31,795 nucleotides of DNA, taken from a bacterium. Its GTDB lineage: Bacteria > Patescibacteriota > Saccharimonadia > Saccharimonadales > Saccharimonadaceae. Below are positions 26,994-31,795 of the stretch, piece after piece. The stretch lies in contig JAKQOF010000047.1 of assembly GCA_029565375.1 (NCBI GenBank), forward strand, positions 1 to 31,795, in the 5' to 3' direction. The translations under genes were made by a program, and so were the position numbers. Within the stretch, counting starts at the first letter, position 1; each line of letters opens with the position of its first letter. Under the pieces are notes generated by a model. The model had not been told where the DNA came from and did no database searches. It saw nothing but the letters and a program-made list of their open reading frames with translations.

Positions 26994-27305
26994 GTGGTTG
27001 ACGCAGGCTTTCGTCGAAAAGTAGAACAGCTCATGGGGCAAGTTCCTCCTGGACGAGTAACGACGTATGGTGATCTTGCGGCGCTTGTCGGTCATCCGTA
27101 TGCATCGCGTGTTGTCGGAGGCATTGCTCATTATGGCGACACTGAGTTGCCCTGGCATCGATTGGTTAATCGATTTGGAGGCTTGGCGGCCGGTTTTCAT
27201 GGCGGACGAGAAGTCCAGGCCCAGCTTTTGGCACAAGAAGGAATAACCTGCACAAACCATATCGTCAATAACTTTCAGGATATACGATGGCAACCAAAGA
27301 TATAA
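26994..27305 (+). CDS. Alkyltransferase-like (ATL/YbaZ-type) DNA-binding protein
   Basis: VPPGRVTTYGDLA...R.VG...PWHRLVN; Trp in place of the Cys of the active MGMT PCHR motif. GTG start. Confidence 0.88.
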   Translation: MVDAGFRRKVEQLMGQVPPGRVTTYGDLAALVGHPYASRVVGGIAHYGDTELPWHRLVNRFGGLAAGFHGGREVQAQLLAQEGITCTNHIVNNFQDIRWQPKI

Positions 27306-28165
27306 ATCTTCCACTCGTTGTCATCACTGGCCCAACTGCCAGTGGTAAAACAGCACTTGCTATTGATTTGGCGCAGCGTTTTGGTGGCGAAATTATTTGT
27401 GCAGACTCGCGAACGGTATATAAAGGCCTAGATGTCGGTACGGCCAAGCCTAGCGTTGTCGAGCAAAAGCTTGTTCCGCATTGGGGTATCGACTTGATAG
27501 AGCCAAATGAGCGTTTTTCCGTTGCTGACTTCAAGGAATATGCAGTCAAAGCCATTCAAGACATACGTGCGAGAGGCCATGTTCCGTTTCTTGTGGGAGG
27601 TACTGGCTTGTATGTCGATGCCGTTATCTTAGACTACCAGTTTGGCAGAGAGTATGATGAAAATACGAGGCAAAAATTACAACGCATGACGTTAGATGAA
27701 CTGTATCACTACTGTGAAGATAATCACATTAACCTCCCAGAAAACGATAAAAATAAACGGTATGTCATACGTGCAATAGAGAATGCTGGGCATGATAGCA
27801 ATCGTAATGTGGTACCAGAATTTCCAAAATACATTGTCGGAATAACAACAGAAAAAAGTGAGCTACGAGAACGAATAGGTAAACGTATTGAACAAATGTT
27901 AGAAAATGGAGTCGTCGACGAGGCAATAATGATTGCTGAAAAATATGGATGGGACGCTGAATCAATGAAAGCAAACCTGTACCCATTGTTACGAAAATAC
28001 GTCGCGGGTGACCTAGAAATCAGTGATCTAAAAACCCAAGCGGTGACAGCCGACTGGCACTTGGCTAAGCGTCAATTAACGTGGTTACGGCGTAACAAAT
28101 TTATTCATTGGGATGACGTTGAACACCTGAACACATATCTATCTGGTCTTCTCGCACGTATCTGA
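27287..28165 (+). CDS. miaA: tRNA dimethylallyltransferase
   Basis: ITGPTASGKT, EII.ADSR.VY.GLDVGTAKP, VGGTGLY, LAKRQLTWLR. Confidence 0.96.
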   Translation: MATKDINLPLVVITGPTASGKTALAIDLAQRFGGEIICADSRTVYKGLDVGTAKPSVVEQKLVPHWGIDLIEPNERFSVADFKEYAVKAIQDIRARGHVPFLVGGTGLYVDAVILDYQFGREYDENTRQKLQRMTLDELYHYCEDNHINLPENDKNKRYVIRAIENAGHDSNRNVVPEFPKYIVGITTEKSELRERIGKRIEQMLENGVVDEAIMIAEKYGWDAESMKANLYPLLRKYVAGDLEISDLKTQAVTADWHLAKRQLTWLRRNKFIHWDDVEHLNTYLSGLLARI

Positions 28166-28204
28166 TAAACGTGGTATTATGAGAACACGAAAGTTATTGA
28201 GGGA

Positions 28205-28813
28205 ATGACCATGATTGACGCACTATTTGGTTCAAAGACGAGGGTAAAGTTGCTGCACCTTTTCTTAAATAGTCCTGGACAATCTTTTTATGTACGGGAG
28301 ATCACACGAAAAATTGATGAACAGATAAACTCGGTTCGTCGTGAACTATCAAATATGCTTGAGGTTGGGGTTATCACAAGCGATAGTGCCGATAACAAAC
28401 TATATTATGAAGTGAATCAGCGGTATGAATACTATATTCCTCTGCGAGCGATTTTTGGTGATGGTGCGATTGATACAAACGCTGTGCCGATAAGCACCGA
28501 GTCGACAGCAGATGAGTATACGAGTGCCGTTAAGGCTATTGCTGGTATCCGAGTTGCTATTTTTTCAGGTGTACTTGTAAGGGGTTCGATCAGTAAGGTC
28601 GACGTTGTTCTTGTCGGCAATCTTTCCCCTGCAAAAGTAAAAGTTGCAATGAAGGTTATTGAAAAAGGCGAGGGTCGTGATATCAACTACAGCGTGCTAT
28701 CATATGATGAGTTCTATTATCGACTGAGTATCCGAGATAAGTTTATTACAGAGATACTTGCAGGAAAACATACAGTTGTGATTGATATAGATAATAGCCT
28801 GGCAGTCCAGTAA
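28205..28813 (+). CDS. Winged-HTH protein with a degenerate nucleotidyltransferase-like C-domain
   Basis: LFGSKTRVKLL.LF, YVREITR, INSVRREL..., LYYEVN; C-terminal SGV...VDVVLVG...EGRDINY. TGgTATTAT promoter at 28172-28180. Confidence 0.7.
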   Translation: MTMIDALFGSKTRVKLLHLFLNSPGQSFYVREITRKIDEQINSVRRELSNMLEVGVITSDSADNKLYYEVNQRYEYYIPLRAIFGDGAIDTNAVPISTESTADEYTSAVKAIAGIRVAIFSGVLVRGSISKVDVVLVGNLSPAKVKVAMKVIEKGEGRDINYSVLSYDEFYYRLSIRDKFITEILAGKHTVVIDIDNSLAVQ

Positions 28814-28831
28814 CAGAATAGGAGATAACGC

Positions 28832-29461
28832 ATGTTTGACGTTGAATATAAAGGTGGAAATACAGTATTAATTAGTACAAAAAAGGCAGTGATCGTTGTT
28901 GATCCGAAGCTTTCGATTGTTGGGTTGAAGGATACCGTTTTGAAGGACTCTGTAGAGCTTGCGACTGAGTCGCGTTTTGCAATCAACAGTGACGATGCCC
29001 GACTCGTTATTGAAGGTCCTGGTGAATATGGTGTTGCCGATTTTGATATCCTTGGTTTGCCAGTGCAACGCCATCTTGATGCTGAAGGGCAGCTCAGTAC
29101 AATGTATCGTATAGAGGTGGGAGACGTGAGAATTGGTTTGCTCGGGAATATCTATGAGAAATTAAGTGATGATCAACTTGAGGCATTAGGCCTTATTGAC
29201 ATTCTGATTCTTCCAGTAGGTGGCAATGGATATACCCTTGATGCGACGGGTGCTGCTAACCTGGTCCGCAAAATTGATCCAAAGGTAGTTATTCCTGTGC
29301 ATTATGCTGATGCCACACTCAAGTACGAGGTACCACAAGACACACTTGAGACGTTCGTGAAAGAGCTTGGTGCTCCGGTTGAAGCGACGCCCAAATATAA
29401 GGTGAAAGCCGCATCTACAATTCCGGCTTCGTTGATGGTCATTGAATTAATGCGTAGCTAA
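28832..29461 (+). CDS. Metallo-beta-lactamase-fold protein with degenerate metal motif
   Basis: IEGPGEY, IDILILPVGG...TLD...A..LV..IDPKVVIPVHY are typical of this MBL family; no HxHxDH is visible. Confidence 0.75.
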   Translation: MFDVEYKGGNTVLISTKKAVIVVDPKLSIVGLKDTVLKDSVELATESRFAINSDDARLVIEGPGEYGVADFDILGLPVQRHLDAEGQLSTMYRIEVGDVRIGLLGNIYEKLSDDQLEALGLIDILILPVGGNGYTLDATGAANLVRKIDPKVVIPVHYADATLKYEVPQDTLETFVKELGAPVEATPKYKVKAASTIPASLMVIELMRS

Positions 29462-29477
29462 TATCTCTGGTGATTAA

Positions 29478-29507
29478 AAAATAACCCCTCAATTGAGGGG
29501 TTATTTT
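29478..29507. terminator. Bidirectional terminator between the MBL-fold gene and rpmB
   Basis: Perfect 30-bp palindrome AAAATAACCCCTCAATTGAGGGGTTATTTT between convergent genes. Confidence 0.85.
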
Positions 29508-29524
29508 AACGTACTAAACAAGAG

Positions 29525-29719
29525 TTAGGCTAGAATGCCTTTTTTCTTTAGTGTACGAATTGCTTGAGTGCTTAAGATCATAGTGACTTTTTGGCCATTA
29601 AACTCAAAAGTTTTCTTTTGGAGGTTAGGTTTAAATACGCGGTTTGTGCGACGCAAAGAGAAGCTCACGTTGTGGCCAAATTGTTTACCTTTTCCAGTTA
29701 GTTCGCATCGTGCTGCCAT
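29525..29719 (-). CDS. rpmB: 50S ribosomal protein L28
   Basis: [32 protein letters not shown]...STQAIRTL.K. Start set at ATG 29719. Confidence 0.96.
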   Translation of the reverse strand: MAARCELTGKGKQFGHNVSFSLRRTNRVFKPNLQKKTFEFNGQKVTMILSTQAIRTLKKKGILA

Positions 29720-29754
29720 TGCATTACTTTCCACTTATTTTGACAATACTAGCC

Positions 29755-29783
29755 AGTATAGCGTTTTTTGGCGTTTGCGTCAA
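29755..29783 (-). promoter_or_regulatory. Sigma70 promoter of rpmB
   Basis: Minus strand TTGACG-17 nt-TATACT. Confidence 0.8.
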
Positions 29784-29822
29784 GGGTAGAACAGAGGGAA
29801 AAGGGCTGTTATAATAGTGCTA

Positions 29823-30467
29823 ATGAGTATTGATCTCGTATACATTGTCATTGTATTAGTTGTTATCCTTCTGTCGATGACTCTCCATGAAGCTATGCAT
29901 GCGTATGTAGGCTATTGGCTTGGCGATAATACTGCCCGATTACAGGGTCGTCTTACGCTAAATCCGATTAAACACATCGATCCATTTTTGACGATTGTTT
30001 TGCCAGTGACGCTGGCACTACTTGGTCTTCCGATTTTCGGAGGTGCCAGACCTGTTCCATTTAACCCGAACAATGTTCGATTTGGTGAATGGGGCGCTGC
30101 TTTGATAGCCGCGTCTGGTCCTTTAACTAACCTTATTATTGCGTTCGTTGGATTTGGCATTTGGGTCGTATTGGGGACCCCCGCTACTGGGATAGCTAGT
30201 CAGATATTTGGCGCTATAGTTTCGGTCAATCTTGGATTCTTCGTGTTTAATAGTATTCCAATCCCGCCGCTTGACGGGTCGCGGGTGCTATATGCACTTG
30301 CGCCTGAGTTTTTCCGACGTGGTATGGAGTTTGTTGAACGGTATGGCATTATCGTCGTATTTGCAATCGTACTACTCGCCGGGCCAGCTATCGGCACGTT
30401 GATGTCGACCGCAATCAACTTCTTTATTGATGTGTTCAGCCATATCTTCAGTATCCCAGTGATATAA
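29823..30467 (+). CDS. Site-2 protease family (M50) intramembrane zinc metalloprotease
   Basis: HEAMH (HExxH), LGDNTA..QGRLTLNP.KH.DP, AASGPLTN, FNSIPIPPLDG. TGtTATAAT lies 7 nt before ATG 29823. Confidence 0.93.
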   Translation: MSIDLVYIVIVLVVILLSMTLHEAMHAYVGYWLGDNTARLQGRLTLNPIKHIDPFLTIVLPVTLALLGLPIFGGARPVPFNPNNVRFGEWGAALIAASGPLTNLIIAFVGFGIWVVLGTPATGIASQIFGAIVSVNLGFFVFNSIPIPPLDGSRVLYALAPEFFRRGMEFVERYGIIVVFAIVLLAGPAIGTLMSTAINFFIDVFSHIFSIPVI

Positions 30468-30475
30468 TAGATATA

Positions 30476-30624
30476 TCCCGGGAGAGCCTAGGCGTATATG
30501 ATTTTCCTGAATATCATATAGATCGGGAACTCAAAAATATGTATTTCCGTGGAAATACGTTGCGAGTACCCACCTTGCCTTTACGGTTGGGAATATCTAG
30601 CGCCAACAGCAAACCCGGGATTTT
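30476..30624 (+). ncRNA. ssrS: 6S RNA (SsrS)-like, compact (~145 nt)
   Basis: Own extended -10 TGaTATAAT (30460-30468). Closing stem TCCCGGG/CCCGGGA plus GC/GC and GGCG/CGCC; CCTGAA...CGGGAACTC and GAGTACCCACC...GGTTGGG segments resemble Gram-positive-type 6S RNAs as recalled; U-tract after the stem. Confidence 0.72.
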
Positions 30625-30687
30625 CTGCAATTATGACTCAGGTGCTACACTAGGTGTAGCGAATAACCAAAAGGTAGAAACAAAAAT

Positions 30688-31578
30688 ATGAAACAAAGAG
30701 TTGTTGTACAGGCAATTATCCAGAACGGTGACGATGTGCTTTTATTGCGTCGTTCACAGGGCAAACCCGGAAGTATTGGTAAGTACGAATTACCGGGTGG
30801 AAGTATCGATGATAATGAACAGCCCGAAGATGCATTAAAGCGACATCTTCATAACGAATTAGGGATCGAAAAAGTTCGCATCCTACTAGACGACGTCGTA
30901 TCAATGAATAGTCGCCAAGAAGGAGATATTCAGCATATCTTCGTCGTCTATATAATCGCAGACATTGCTCGGTCTTTCTCTGTGATTCTTGGCTCAAGCT
31001 ATGACGAGTATGAATGGGTTTCGAAGCCAGAATTACAACGCAAATCTTTACGTGACAGTGCAGCGTATCTGTTAAGTATATACCGACCAGACATTCAGTC
31101 AGATAATCCTCGTCCAATCTCACGGAAAACTGTAGATAATATAGCAACAGATTCAGCAGTGCATACATCAGTAACTATTTACTCAGATGGTGGATCAAGA
31201 GGAAACCCGGGTCCATCCGCTGCTGCGTTTGTTATCGTTGACGCAAACCACCAAGTCATTGATCAGGGCGGCGAATACCTTGGCATTACAACAAATAATC
31301 AAGCAGAGTATCACGGAGTTCGACTCGGCTTGGAGAAGGCGGCTGCATTAGGAATACCTTCCGTAGAGTTTAAGATTGACAGTATGCTAGTAGTTAACCA
31401 GCTAAATCAAGTATATAAGATAAAAAATAGGGAACTGTGGCCTATAAACGAGAGGATTATTGAACTTTTAGGACAGTTTAATCACGTGAGATTCGTCCAT
31501 GTATCGCGTGATCTCAACAAGATGGCTGATGGATTGGTGAATAAGTTGCTCGATCAACATCAGAATGATCAGGTATAA
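30688..31578 (+). CDS. rnhA: NUDIX-like domain fused to ribonuclease HI
   Basis: N-terminal LLLRRS...ELPGG Nudix fold; C-terminal YSDGGSRGNPG, TNNQAEY, IDSMLVVNQ, NKMADGLVN with the RNase H D-E-D-D residues intact. Confidence 0.88.
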   Translation: MKQRVVVQAIIQNGDDVLLLRRSQGKPGSIGKYELPGGSIDDNEQPEDALKRHLHNELGIEKVRILLDDVVSMNSRQEGDIQHIFVVYIIADIARSFSVILGSSYDEYEWVSKPELQRKSLRDSAAYLLSIYRPDIQSDNPRPISRKTVDNIATDSAVHTSVTIYSDGGSRGNPGPSAAAFVIVDANHQVIDQGGEYLGITTNNQAEYHGVRLGLEKAAALGIPSVEFKIDSMLVVNQLNQVYKIKNRELWPINERIIELLGQFNHVRFVHVSRDLNKMADGLVNKLLDQHQNDQV

Positions 31579-31597
31579 CTTTGCTATACTGTATACA

Positions 31598-31795
31598 GGC
31601 AGCTCATTAGGTGATCGCTTGTATCTTCGGATATAAGAGGAAAGTCCGGGCAGCAAAGAGTATGGCAGTCGCTAACGGCGACCGGAGGAAACTCTAGGGA
31701 AAGTGCCACAGAAACGAAACTACCTCTTCGGAGGAAAAGATGAAACGAGTGAGGTAAGAGCTCACAGCATTCCATGGCGACATGGCGTGGAGGTA
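31598..31795 (+). ncRNA. rnpB: RNase P RNA, 3'-truncated by the window edge
   Basis: GAGGAAAGTCC (31637-31647), AGTGCCACAGAAA (31702-31714), P3 hairpin with UUCG loop; TGcTATACT promoter at 31582-31590. 5' end approximate. Confidence 0.95.

Noticed and set aside
31584-31775. 63-aa minus-strand ORF at the window end
   Set aside because: Antisense to the RNase P RNA gene.

Overview
Gene-dense chromosomal window. It is most consistent with a Saccharibacteria (TM7, CPR/Patescibacteria) genome using genetic code 11; this is inferred from the gene families, the GDTIIE-type pilin and the use of TGA as a stop codon. The left half holds efp (5' partial), tlyA, a small putative Zn-binding ORF and ychF. 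A ~14.7 kb type IV pilus locus follows: TPR membrane protein, 835-aa secreted putative adhesin, pilM-N-O-(P-like)-B-T-C, a separately transcribed major pilin, pilD and four minor pilins, with no secretin gene. A XerC/D recombinase converges on the last pilin. The right half is housekeeping: uppP, ndk, PH-domain protein, SurA/PrsA-like protein, sodA, a processive-type GT2, thrS, an alkyltransferase-like protein, miaA, an HTH protein, an MBL-fold protein, rpmB, an M50 protease and a NUDIX-RNase HI fusion. It also holds four tRNAs (Arg-CCT, Asp-GTC, Thr-CGT, Val-GAC), a compact 6S-like RNA and the 5' part of rnpB. No CRISPR array, transposase or prophage was seen. The most interesting signals are non-coding: (1) a 125-bp element upstream of tRNA-Arg(CCT) with a duplicated tRNA 5' end and a 15-nt antisense copy of its D-arm; (2) an ultrashort-stem-I T-box-like leader on thrS that also holds a tRNA-Thr anticodon-arm mimic; (3) a recurrent GCTTAY/RTAAGC motif at the pilus promoters; (4) many apparently leaderless extended -10 promoters; (5) an uncalled 45-aa ORF with its own promoter and terminator. 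All structures and alignments were read by eye and none was computed.
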